Positions 25,701 through 32,140 of a stretch of 44,125 bases of DNA are shown here, in pieces. This DNA comes from Candidatus Gastranaerophilales bacterium. GTDB lineage: Bacteria; Cyanobacteriota; Vampirovibrionia; Gastranaerophilales; Gastranaerophilaceae. Location: assembly GCA_944324035.1 (NCBI GenBank), contig CALUUU010000001.1:1-44125 (forward strand), read 5' to 3'. Each line of letters opens with the position of its first letter. Within the stretch, counting starts at the first letter, position 1. The notes beneath the pieces are model-generated. The model was given only the letters and a program-made list of their open reading frames with translations, was not told the DNA's origin and searched no databases. The position numbers and the translations under genes were made by a program.

Positions 25701-28252
25701 TTATCTTTACCTGTAAATTTTCCTGCCATACGACTTGCTTGTTTTGATACATAACTTTCAAGCTGCGCCAGTTTATCTGCAGTTATACCTCCCATAAAAC
25801 CAAATCCGGCACTGATTAAAGTTGTTTTGCCTAAATCCTGCCAATCTTTTATGGTTGTTTCTGCTTTTCTGGTCATAAGATTTACGGTTCCGGTACTGGC
25901 TGTCCATCCGCCTAATAACTCTGCACCGACTAATCCTCTTGTCAAATTCATTGCTGCAGTATTGCCTAACCCTAATTTACCGACAAAATTTGCGGTTCCG
26001 CTTGCTGCACTTTTGAATGCTGACGTTTTACTCAGCCATCCGGTTCCAATAATCATTGCTGCTATATCACCGGTACCGTCTATCAATCCTACTATATTTA
26101 TACTTCTTTGCTGTTCATCTGTTATTTTTGAACCGAATGCATCTGTATACGCTTTTAAATAATCGTTTGCGTATTCTTCGTCGCTTTTATTGCCGCGATT
26201 TTTTGCAATTTCTAAAAATTTTTCAACTTTTGCTTCATCATAATCCATTCCGGTAAATTCTTTAAATTTACTGTTAAATTCATTACTGTTAGTGCTGTTG
26301 GTTTTTAAAACACTGACTACAAAATCTCTGTTGCGCTCCAGACGACGGATTACGGCGTCATGGTTTGGTGCTACATAGTCATTATCAGGAATTACCAAAT
26401 CAAGCAATCCTCCGAGTTTTTCCCGCCAAAAGCCTATATTCAGCCAGCCTTGGCTGTCTTGGTACTCGCGTATCATAGCAATTGCCTGATCATACATTAA
26501 CCCGACGCATCTTGCAGCATTTTCTCTGGTTTGTGCTTTTTCATATTCAGGGCTGTTTTTATATCTTATCCTGTCCTGATGAATTTCATCTGCTGTTTTA
26601 AGGGTTATCCCATAACCGTTTAGTATTCTGTCTACTTCTGCAAAATCCTTTTTATATAAATGTAATTGGGGTGAGCTAAATGCATATTGTTTAACAAAAT
26701 GTCCTGCAGATATTTTATTCAATGCTTCTTGATCCATACTGTTCAGACGCTCATAAATTCTCTGACCGTCACTGCTTTGTAAGCTTATTCCCAAATAATC
26801 CGTAACAAAAGTTTCCAGTGATACTACCTCGCGGCTCGGCTGAAATGCCATTCCGCTTGCAGGGACACTTGAATGTGAGCCTGTTCCGTTCATTGGAATT
26901 GTTTTTTCTGAATCAAAAAGATTTATATCAGGGTAGACCTTTAATATTTCTGCCTTTATTTTGTTTTTGTCTGTAATTTTTTGGCTCTTGAAATATCTGA
27001 GCATACTTATAACATTTTGCTTTTGAGATGCGTTAAGCCGGTTAAATTTGTTATAAAATCCGAAATTATCCTGTCCGGCACTAAATCCATAACTGCTTAA
27101 TTCTTTTAATACCTTTTTATTGGTAGTTTGTTCTGTGACATATATAACACTTCCATTAGACAGTTTTGTGTTGTTTCCGGCATTCAAAATTTCAAGTTCC
27201 TGAACCTTTAAACGGATTGCCTCGTTAGTTGCACCGGCTCCGAGAAGATCCTTTGCTAATTCCCAGTAATTGCCGTTATAATTTTTATTTAACTTCTTTG
27301 TACCGACACTTGATGTATAGACTCTGTCCAGTGCCTGACGGTAAGAATAACGCTTATAGAGTGCGACGCTTTCTTCAGGACTTAAACGATTTCCAAGCTG
27401 CTTTGAATCGGCATCAAATTCTCCCGGAACACGTATTTTTGCACCTACCTGGTCAATACCGTTTTTCCCCTTGTAAGGGTTCATTTTCATCAATGTTTCC
27501 AGTTTGACCCCGAATGTTCTTGCTATTTCCGTAGGGCTTTCGTTATTTTGTACGGTTGTTATTGTGTTTCCTTTGCCGTCGTATTCTACATAATAAATTT
27601 TATTTCCGTGTGTTACCTGCTGGGCAAGTCTATGCAGCCCGTTTTTAAGGTAAGTATTATAACTTGCACCGGAATATATAGTTGTTGAAGTTTTCCCGTC
27701 AGAAGTTATTTTATCTTCACGGAACATTCCGTTAGAACTGAATACCCGCTCTTCACTCCCGTCCTGCAAGTATTTTACAGAATATAAAAAGTCCTCGTCT
27801 TTTATTTCGCCGCTGTCTGTTACAGAAAGTGCAATTGTTTCTCTGGAGCTTCCGTCCGGATTTTCTTCTTGAACTATTGTATGTGCAGGAGTTTCATTAG
27901 TTGCCGGAACCCAAGTATATTTTATTTCTTTGAGAGTTTCTCCGTTTTTGTATTCAGTACGTTTAACAGGATAGCCGTCAATATTATATGTTATCTCTAC
28001 GTCTATAATCTCGCCGTCTATCTCTGTTTTGAATGTTTCTGTATTAACGGAATCTGTTTCATTGTCATAAGCATGTTCAAGCCCTACACCGGCTTTAGAA
28101 GTGTTTGCAGCTTCTTTCCCGCGCAGTATTTGACTAAGCTCGGCTTCACTGAGCTTTTCCAGTTCTGCACGGTATTTGGATAAACTTTCCCCGTTTAACT
28201 CTTTTTGCCGGCATATTGCATCTATTAATGTTGTTTTTTTGCTTATTTCCAT
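16760..28252 (-). CDS. Giant (3,830 aa) multidomain polymorphic-toxin-like protein
   Basis: Uninterrupted 11,493-nt ORF in AT-rich DNA, where random ORFs are short. Several independent domain signatures are listed below as sub-features. No N-terminal signal peptide (MEISKKTTLIDAICRQKELNG...). Confidence 0.93.
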   Translation of the reverse strand: MEISKKTTLIDAICRQKELNGESLSKYRAELEKLSEAELSQILRGKEAANTSKAGVGLEHAYDNETDSVNTETFKTEIDGEIIDVEITYNIDGYPVKRTEYKNGETLKEIKYTWVPATNETPAHTIVQEENPDGSSRETIALSVTDSGEIKDEDFLYSVKYLQDGSEERVFSSNGMFREDKITSDGKTSTTIYSGASYNTYLKNGLHRLAQQVTHGNKIYYVEYDGKGNTITTVQNNESPTEIARTFGVKLETLMKMNPYKGKNGIDQVGAKIRVPGEFDADSKQLGNRLSPEESVALYKRYSYRQALDRVYTSSVGTKKLNKNYNGNYWELAKDLLGAGATNEAIRLKVQELEILNAGNNTKLSNGSVIYVTEQTTNKKVLKELSSYGFSAGQDNFGFYNKFNRLNASQKQNVISMLRYFKSQKITDKNKIKAEILKVYPDINLFDSEKTIPMNGTGSHSSVPASGMAFQPSREVVSLETFVTDYLGISLQSSDGQRIYERLNSMDQEALNKISAGHFVKQYAFSSPQLHLYKKDFAEVDRILNGYGITLKTADEIHQDRIRYKNSPEYEKAQTRENAARCVGLMYDQAIAMIREYQDSQGWLNIGFWREKLGGLLDLVIPDNDYVAPNHDAVIRRLERNRDFVVSVLKTNSTNSNEFNSKFKEFTGMDYDEAKVEKFLEIAKNRGNKSDEEYANDYLKAYTDAFGSKITDEQQRSINIVGLIDGTGDIAAMIIGTGWLSKTSAFKSAASGTANFVGKLGLGNTAAMNLTRGLVGAELLGGWTASTGTVNLMTRKAETTIKDWQDLGKTTLISAGFGFMGGITADKLAQLESYVSKQASRMAGKFTGKDKALITAQQAAVDENTAAMAKVLESGKGMNGVEVWGKYLKNLSGVNAAGNIAKFAAEIGIFTGYDISVEVISDLLDKDGKLKDIFQEPAKLEEFLTEKLKENTTNLGLIKTIGSFIQMRLGGKYGSALADYEVLQRTNVKQMEINGVKKYIIEIDNGNRIIADSPAQVAAFYRTALYAETLSKNGTEAGGQSSGAAKQQPGTSGSYEEVKPAMISLTSPELKSTPVQNNGNLYTPQDIKNNIETIGIRNINGRSNLIYLSEDANTAKYGINTLDDLLKSNLVTKEEKQLIKQLYKHAQELGYKDLYDDNLHVLIGFASTAEKVNGKLVSKYDNLSKEQFEVIKYITDQCRGGQISDEHTAAILARINDPVPYEVFKYINNPEKLPDEITRGQMSWSKEQCLEWIDEIKAMKGFLDTQSIPADITVQRVDDYSVMNNVTIGGKPLGKIMEAAVKNGKIEDVLKILNGDKSNIEVTYDNFIGTSMSKEKTFINHHDIKWEIDVPKGTKGAFLETAVTSNSIYDETEFLLQMGTTLKITGAEYKDGSWHIKAEVVRQNTPASNTAAAKNSKGQFPPTPLMDEAHGQKHGDNHLHKVYNTPKFQKEISSCLDALVEKIDHDFKPGKNLQHPVDYADYMMPDGTILSRNLLKDAKNGEILIYCIDTNGKQYYLCATTPENIAKAQKIYDYMSQLPEIPGRNYIKPLQEQIKAGKTFEEAMKIVEADMEKARIEANNRSEQALIANNAVKPSEYLVKPVNSPEFEGITLSAQEKIKAKVKHQDMNVLLQDKKLEALYKANAQPAIQLNVEAHLNHIYSRMSTELKPGETSVEVPYNTPVTLPDGTKIVRQKVTKLHPYYQRDGYETKYGLPNEPKEIISVTTPDGQTYTLPAVSIGSVNSAKRVLDLMGKAIAPKEQDYTAPTLPGADAAAEAKRVATIHKTIDNIKTKSTLITYLEQHSGFADGNKILTKENLTELLAPYNETNMQNLKEVLKYMYGESTNDSYTSERILDVLKSDFIKNPENADFIKQFLTEKSAAGKDLIDVIIIDRTFTLAESDTAEAAKALFALKNKTNNPVLNVDNIILMTNNYKGKNAEYYNRLADILNIKDEQGSYVINAENFPILNPEAIDFLMKDNKLVHPDVLNLLNRNLAKAEAGNIDVKGLNIMNALYNKNPDITVTELVRKTKEFAVDKKITDPKLAEIGNKYLSPDLNTQLFDIQTIMADVKDERILEYVNKELDEIIAKHPEGRQLNDKINEIQNVLDIYHSVNSDYVNIGGGNYSPYYRQFINYLKKSNPDLANKLIKQPTLIEKYITQPAYNSLREDFNNDMQFGQLINYCKEHPNSELSEHFYENYFLKNVKLPQAVKQKCIEINNKYGVKVIPSANPKEAKEVFNYIEKEFNEWQTASGGQAKLPPVLDFMRAKEDYFNPERAYGQSVAGGFAESYTNQSVSLDNMTLSSVQYTLRHEITHINDTKKGCALPEGVAAQSQVLDPETGTTNTKLDFPNCKYREEFLRAGIAPLHVSYAYNNADEFIAVAAEGDMSKYSPEFKKLLLDLGMPEYMFKMKVTNPNIIKGVKEAEQLQKIYPDETLEEIYYPNEKEIQESVVPEPVQEPEPAVIPEGGNITYAVNGNEVPVKEVNEAVQEIRTRYEGKEAEIRKYLDEAGLGEIGNMRGRLKSEQSLYDKIANYMKEHPNATLDEAISDVRDAFGARTVIETDYNYKNHPEVKALLDAGDERGAMLKAAELQSQPALEKLKGMLLAQSQGKDGLETARISNYVSDDGIPYFSEAQLAELKQYGASIGVNVNYVVKLDKSDPNYAKMKAEGYKPTTKAQPSGYTALQINFKTKTGEVIEWQYRGDKVDRFAEGEHIPYDLRTDKNIIGDHEELEPLYNPIKELLSEDNMSEGVYNEYNRYLTDYYTHLRKSELGFESVEPKLSDYGNGYKFDERLSAENLIALHEAADKLKNGKISQQEAINEYNTAVQKNTPVSKTYKDELLELVAKKGSYWLNSKEMNVVMEKLPQIKDEKILDAIKTKLNSDKVIDIRGILALCEIEDFKTGGYEALSPELKNLIQPSSFYTKKDLNVQLEEIKAIQEPVLRQEKLDEFNINVLSNLILTPRNEKITDYLYDNYLQPAIPDKYKQAMTEISNATGKKVLPSSYSFRFEKKPDSYVQMNMEALANYNNLSDFQKDLFKRHADKMLVSDYWLTNPGYETVKTLTVEDIKVFEERNLAKYIMSLIVKELPELINLDETRWNTIQKFDLFKYTEYKYDPETKYESPSTSASNIIDIVTQCSDEEIQNMIKRNIFSITPKGFLSLKSDMMIALAKLDDKQWDYIVNDLHLIKDNVLDIHNNDVTGGLEAVNARYVDYETTNANIVKFLSNLNNNKSSTEELTSLGYKPEIATDEIGHLYDGINPEDTKDFKFNSTTWKEKIEKIENEVEKAVYEHPELYVNGEYASREECNTAIAEFFKDKNKLRLAELNAAIDKEGMNHLMRKRFDDVEEYLDITNNFNIKDFELLTNLCNSYNSSGKPFMPTQKVEFIDLINAYKMNGLDTSKMEAMIEAGKVDVAELHMDLFNKIMKNSGMTDEEISSIPIEKLSSWDTKYTHLLAKEIQGEFDIRDELHIPTQAGDKTFSDLIRAANLDDFSRYIHDVTNIYGKSNANTKGAYNEAGINYETWINPPKSAEVHFVTKDKNQEHLQQISAQLLEDINTLRQTPVKGFIDKQFPKYIKDGEFIIPSEIMSNKAKLKEFTNNIIKQLDSVWKRAQGNASSEDPKRAAMAKNTLTVLSHLQTRLEDIENVPASTVQKSLDLTVKMWDRNPQKDIFQGNYSTCCIGMGGGNGSAMPHYLMNTSYNMIELVDNTTGKTIGNALVYFVKDKNGEPAFIIDNIEINNGAKPSEEGGLKLRDAIVEYASNVTKAVTGRDDVNIYMSGSYNDVPCSDLPVENQQVSFLGDLDTDNIYMDLYKGWVEKSEFTKVVELLKLK
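16763..17280 (-). other. C-terminal Cys-containing domain of unknown function within the giant protein (aa approx. 3660-3830)
   Basis: Contains KMWDRNPQKDIFQGNYSTCCIGMGGGNGSAMPHYLMN..IELVDNTTGKTIGNALVYFVKDKNGEPAFIIDNIEI. The Cys-Cys codons are at 17216-17221. Confidence 0.4.
20100..20710 (-). other. RelA/SpoT-homologue synthetase-type nucleotidyltransferase module (toxSAS-like) within the giant protein
   Basis: Four ordered synthetase motifs are present: MRGRLKSEQSLYDKI (GRxKS), VRDAFGARTVIE (DxxGxR), PSGYTALQINF (GYxxxH-like) and EVIEWQYRG (ExQxR). There is an unusually long insert of about 110 aa between the second and third motifs. Confidence 0.7.
21030..21500 (-). other. Zincin metallopeptidase-like module (HExxH plus a downstream EFxAxAAE; anthrax lethal factor/ATLF-like pattern) within the giant protein
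   Basis: Contains YTLRHEITHIND (HEITH at 21311-21325), followed about 60 aa later by NNADEFIAVAAEGD, which resembles the third zinc-ligand helix (EEFFAEAF) of the lethal-factor family. Confidence 0.5.
24040..24540 (-). other. ADP-ribosyltransferase module (R-S-ExE class, C3/VIP2-like) within the giant protein
   Basis: The Arg motif is ITVQRVDD (R codon at 24425-24427). The STS-like motif is NFIGTSMS (about 24255-24269). The ExE motif is SIYDETEFLLQMGTTLKI (E-T-E at 24134-24142). The order and spacing (about 95 aa from R to ExE) fit bacterial mono-ART toxins. Confidence 0.7.
25490..26100 (-). other. Gly/Ala-rich hydrophobic segment within the giant protein (aa approx. 718-920), a candidate membrane-insertion region
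   Basis: Contains GLIDGTGDIAAMIIGTGWL..AASGTANFVGKLGLGNTAAMNLTRGLVGAELLGGWTASTG..TLISAGFGFMGGI..NAAGNIAKFAAEIGIFTG. Confidence 0.45.
27130..27560 (-). other. Two LysM-like repeats within the giant protein (aa approx. 230-375)
   Basis: The first, SPTEIARTFGVKLETLMKMNPYKGKNGIDQVGAKIRVPG, is a good LysM pattern. The second, YWELAKDLLGAGATNEAIRLKVQELEILNAGNNTKLSNGSVIYV, is divergent. Confidence 0.6.
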
Positions 28253-28374
28253 TTTTCTTTGTAAAATTCCATCTTCTACATCGTACTATTACGGTTATCT
28301 TCTAAAATTCCTTTAATATTTGTTACGTTTTGTAAAAGTTGATTTTTATATGTATGTTTGGTAGTTTTATAGGT

Positions 28375-30009
28375 ATGAAAAAATTTGTTATTGAGAACAA
28401 AAACCTGGTTATTTTGTGGGTTTTGTGCGGAATTGCGCTTTTTGTATTTTGCGGGCACTACGGAAATATTCTGCTTGATATAGGCAGAGAAATTTATTAT
28501 CCTCAAAGAATTTTGGAAGGAAAAATTCTCTATAAGGATTTGTTTAATATTTACGGGCCATTGTCATATTTATTGAATGCACTTTTATACAAAATATTTT
28601 CACCGAACCTTGCAGTATTATATTTTTCGGGAATTCTCTGTTCTTTTGGCATTGTAACCGGAATTTATCTTATTGCAAAAAAATTCCTATCCGGATTTTT
28701 AAGCCTGTCGATTGGAATTTTTACAATTATTACAGGAGTTTGCGCAACACACCTGTTTAACTTCACATTTCCATATAGCTGGGCAATGCTCTATGGAACG
28801 GTTGGTTTTGTTTATTCTGTGTGGGCATTAATTAAATATAAAACGGAAAACAAACTTCCTTATTTATATTTATCAAGCCTGCTTGCAGGGTTTTGTGTCT
28901 GTAACAAATATGATTTTTATATTTACGCATTATTTTTAATAGTAATGATATTATTTACCAGAAATATAAAAGCAATTTTATACAGCATCGCCGGTTTTTT
29001 TGTAATCCCTTTTTTATGTGCTGTTACTCTTTTTGCACAAGGGCTGCGTTTAGCTGATATAATGCCTGCTTTGCAAGATATTAAATCTGTTGTATATGCC
29101 CCGACATTGCATTATTTTTATACGGTACAGGGAATATATTTCCATAAAAAAATATTGAATTTATGGCTGATAAACATTTTAAAAACCGGATTTGGTTTTG
29201 CCGGCCTGTTTTTAGGATATAAACTTACTGAAAAAAATAAAATTGCAGGATATATTGTTTGTGCGATTTTTGCAGTATTAATTGCAGTTTTCACACAACC
29301 GATATCTTTTATGTTCCTTGTTCCGCTTCTTATTTTAACAGCAATCGGCGCTTGTCTGAAACTTAAAGATAACATGCCTGTCATACTTTTGTTGTTTTGT
29401 GCATTATCTGTTTGTGCAAAATGTTTCTGGGCTCTTCATCCGCTAAATTACGGCAACTATTTTATAGCAATAATCTTTACGGCATTTTTGGCTGTGGTGT
29501 TTACATTTGCAGATAAAAAATATGAAAAAATCGCTGCAATAGGGCTGCTTGCTGTTGGTTTGAACTTTTTAGCCAATTCTTTTATGAACAGAAGTTATCT
29601 GACTACAAAAGTTTCAACTCCTAAAGGCGCAATTTACACATATGAAAAAAATGCCCAGACTGCAAATACCGTAATTTCTTATCTAAAAGACAACAATGCG
29701 CAGAGTGCTCTTATTTTTCCGGAAGGATTGCTTATAAACTTTTTGGCTGATGTAAAAGCTGACGATTATTACAATTCACTAATTCCTTTATATTCGGAAA
29801 GTTTTGGAGAATCTGCTTTTATTAACCACATAAAACAATCCAAGCCTGAATATGTTGTCTTTAACAGCTTATCCATGAAAGAATACAGTTATGATAAGAT
29901 TTGTGACAGCTATGCGACGCATATTTGTCAATACGTACTGGACAATTACACCCAGGTAAAAGATGTTGATGACGGTTTCAGGTATATTATGTTCAAAAGA
30001 CATCAATAA
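28375..30009 (+). CDS. GT-C fold membrane glycosyltransferase (ArnT/PMT, GT39/GT83-like)
   Basis: About 12 or more TM helices followed by a soluble C-terminal domain of about 130 aa. The first-loop motif DIGREIYYPQRILEGKILYKD is typical of the acidic DE/DxE loop in GT-C enzymes. I prefer the ATG at 28375 (MKKFVIENK) over the TTG at 28339. Confidence 0.6.
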   Translation: MKKFVIENKNLVILWVLCGIALFVFCGHYGNILLDIGREIYYPQRILEGKILYKDLFNIYGPLSYLLNALLYKIFSPNLAVLYFSGILCSFGIVTGIYLIAKKFLSGFLSLSIGIFTIITGVCATHLFNFTFPYSWAMLYGTVGFVYSVWALIKYKTENKLPYLYLSSLLAGFCVCNKYDFYIYALFLIVMILFTRNIKAILYSIAGFFVIPFLCAVTLFAQGLRLADIMPALQDIKSVVYAPTLHYFYTVQGIYFHKKILNLWLINILKTGFGFAGLFLGYKLTEKNKIAGYIVCAIFAVLIAVFTQPISFMFLVPLLILTAIGACLKLKDNMPVILLLFCALSVCAKCFWALHPLNYGNYFIAIIFTAFLAVVFTFADKKYEKIAAIGLLAVGLNFLANSFMNRSYLTTKVSTPKGAIYTYEKNAQTANTVISYLKDNNAQSALIFPEGLLINFLADVKADDYYNSLIPLYSESFGESAFINHIKQSKPEYVVFNSLSMKEYSYDKICDSYATHICQYVLDNYTQVKDVDDGFRYIMFKRHQ

Positions 30010-30047
30010 TATGGACTTTTGTTGAAAAATACATTAATATAAATTGC

Positions 30048-31193
30048 GTGAGCGATTTTAATTTAACAAACTTTATAGCAAAATTCGGGTATAAAAATAT
30101 TCAAACAACCGGAGCAAAAAATATAAATACCCAAAAAGCTGCTGCAGAACCTTACATGCCGGCACAAGCTTCCTCAACGGTGTCCTCATCAGCATCACCT
30201 GCTTCTGCAGCCAATTCAGCATCTGCCCAGATGGCTTCGCTTGCAGGAGAAGATACGGCCGCTTATGTAAAAGATTTACTTCAACTGCCAAAAAATCTGA
30301 ACGAATTTATTTATATGGTGCAAAGAGGGCTTACCCAAATGCAAATGAGCAGGCTTATGTCGCAGCAGTATGGTGCACAACGCAATACAATGACACCTAC
30401 CCAGGCACAAATTCTTGCCCAATTACAGGGGCTGTCTGCAGAAGAACTTCAAGCAGCTTTAAAAGCCCAATTAATGACAACCGCAACGGCATCGCAATCT
30501 TTAAAAAATTTGCAAATACTTTCCGGCGGAATGATAAATCTGGCAGACCTTGCCGCTATGATACAGGTGAACGGCAAAGATGCAATCACAAAACTTATTC
30601 TTACAATGGCAAATACAGCAAAACAGGGTGTCACTGACTTATCTCAATTAAAAGATACTGCAAGACTTATAAATGCAAGCATAGCTCTTGCATCCCAGGA
30701 AAATTCCGCCCAAACATTAAAAACAATTTTATTATTGTACCTTCCGTGGCTTCCGCTCCAGGAGGGAACGGATTTTGAAATAGAAATTCAACAGGATCCG
30801 GATAATGAAGATAACGACAGTATTCTCGTTATAACAATCAGCACGGTGAATTTCGGAAAAGTTATTGCAACATTAATCCTAGAAACTTCAAATTCAGTAC
30901 ACGTTAATATTGAATGCTCGGACAAGTTCCCGAAAGACGAGCTGTTAAACAGGATGAAAAACGAAGAAAAACATTACTCTCTGCAGTCTGTTGTTTCCTT
31001 CCAATCCATAGAAACAACTCCGGCAGAAACCACACAGACAAAGGCATCTGTCACAATGTCATCAATGGCGGAAATTAATCCGTATATGTTACTGATGTCA
31101 CATACAGTTATTCGTAATACAATTATGATAGATAATGAAGCCTCAAACGGGGTTATCACACATATTGACACAGAAGGAGAAACCAATAAATGA
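30048..31193 (+). CDS. Hypothetical Ser/Ala/Gln-rich protein (381 aa; GTG start); weak FliK C-terminal-like pattern
   Basis: The N-terminal half is low-complexity. The C-terminal LLLYLPWLPLQEGTDFEIEIQ...ILVITISTVNFGKVIATLILE..VHVNIECS loosely resembles the L.P..LG.v.v.i / v.a.f pattern of hook-length-control proteins. An ATGA overlap links it to gloA. Confidence 0.5.
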   Translation: MSDFNLTNFIAKFGYKNIQTTGAKNINTQKAAAEPYMPAQASSTVSSSASPASAANSASAQMASLAGEDTAAYVKDLLQLPKNLNEFIYMVQRGLTQMQMSRLMSQQYGAQRNTMTPTQAQILAQLQGLSAEELQAALKAQLMTTATASQSLKNLQILSGGMINLADLAAMIQVNGKDAITKLILTMANTAKQGVTDLSQLKDTARLINASIALASQENSAQTLKTILLLYLPWLPLQEGTDFEIEIQQDPDNEDNDSILVITISTVNFGKVIATLILETSNSVHVNIECSDKFPKDELLNRMKNEEKHYSLQSVVSFQSIETTPAETTQTKASVTMSSMAEINPYMLLMSHTVIRNTIMIDNEASNGVITHIDTEGETNK

Positions 31194-31573
31194 AATTTTT
31201 ACACACAATGATTAGAGTAAAAGACATTGATGCATCTTTAAAATTCTATACGGAAGTCTTAAATATGACTTTAGACCATAAAAAAAGACTTGAAGATTGT
31301 GAATTATACTTTTTAAATGATGAAGAAGGCGCATGCCAGATTGAACTGACTTATAACGATGAAACCCCGGAAGAAGGTTACACTAACGGAACAGCCTTCG
31401 GGCATTTTGCATTTTCAGTTAAATCTTTGGCTGAATTTACCGAAAAGATTAATAAACTGGGTTATGAATACCTCTATGAACCGTTTGATTTAAACGGTAA
31501 AGGTACAAAAATCGCTTTTATAAAAGATCCTGACGGAAATGAAATTGAATTAATTGAAAAAGTAGTGTGGTAA
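31190..31573 (+). CDS. gloA: Lactoylglutathione lyase (glyoxalase I)
   Basis: Contains MKFLHTMIRVKDIDASLKFYTEVLNM, ELTYN, GTAFGHFAF and AFIKDPDGNEIELIE, the canonical GloA blocks including the metal ligands. Confidence 0.85.
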   Translation: MKFLHTMIRVKDIDASLKFYTEVLNMTLDHKKRLEDCELYFLNDEEGACQIELTYNDETPEEGYTNGTAFGHFAFSVKSLAEFTEKINKLGYEYLYEPFDLNGKGTKIAFIKDPDGNEIELIEKVVW

Positions 31574-31588
31574 ATATAGGAGAGAAAT

Positions 31589-32092
31589 ATGGATAATGTA
31601 ATTTTTAAAAGGCGTTCTATCAGAAGATTTCTTGATAAACCTGTAGAACAAGAAAAACTTGAAAGAATTTTAAGAGCCGGTATGCAGGCGCCGTCAGCGC
31701 ATAACAATCAGCGCTGGGAACTCCTTGTTGTAACAGATAAAGACAAAAGAGAAGCGCTTTCTAAAATGAGCCCTTGGGCAGGCATGGTTGCAAAAGCTCC
31801 TGTCGCTATAGTTGTTATGGGCGACACTTCAAATGAAGAATTAAAACAATGGTTCCAGCAGGATTTGAGTGCCTGCACGGAAAATATCCTTTTGCAAATA
31901 GCAGAAGAAAATCTTGGCGGATGCTGGATGGGATTTTACCCAAATATGGAAAGGGTAAAAATGATTCAGGATTACTTTAATATCCCGGAAAAAATCCTTC
32001 CGTTTTCGGTAATTGCGCTCGGTTATTCTGAAGACGAAAATAAATATGTAGACAGGTATGACCCGAACAGAGTTCATTATAATAAATACTAA
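31589..32092 (+). CDS. Nitroreductase-family flavoprotein
   Basis: Contains FKRRSIRRFLDKPVEQEKLERILRAGMQAPSAHNNQRWE, the classic nitroreductase N-terminal signature. Confidence 0.85.
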   Translation: MDNVIFKRRSIRRFLDKPVEQEKLERILRAGMQAPSAHNNQRWELLVVTDKDKREALSKMSPWAGMVAKAPVAIVVMGDTSNEELKQWFQQDLSACTENILLQIAEENLGGCWMGFYPNMERVKMIQDYFNIPEKILPFSVIALGYSEDENKYVDRYDPNRVHYNKY

Positions 32093-32100
32093 ATTATGCA

Positions 32101-32134
32101 GCGGGTTGAATAAAATATTCAACCCGCTCTTTTA
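32101..32134. terminator. Bidirectional rho-independent terminator between convergent genes
   Basis: 10-bp perfect stem gcgggttgaa/ttcaacccgc with a 7-nt loop, followed by a T-rich tail (tctttt). It is A/T-rich on the other side. Confidence 0.75.
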
Positions 32135-32140
32135 AAATAT

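Noticed and set aside
28276-28506. 76-aa minus-strand ORF in the divergent region between the giant gene and the GT-C gene
   Set aside because: It overlaps the start of the well-supported membrane glycosyltransferase on the other strand. It has an Asn/Lys-rich composition and no SD.
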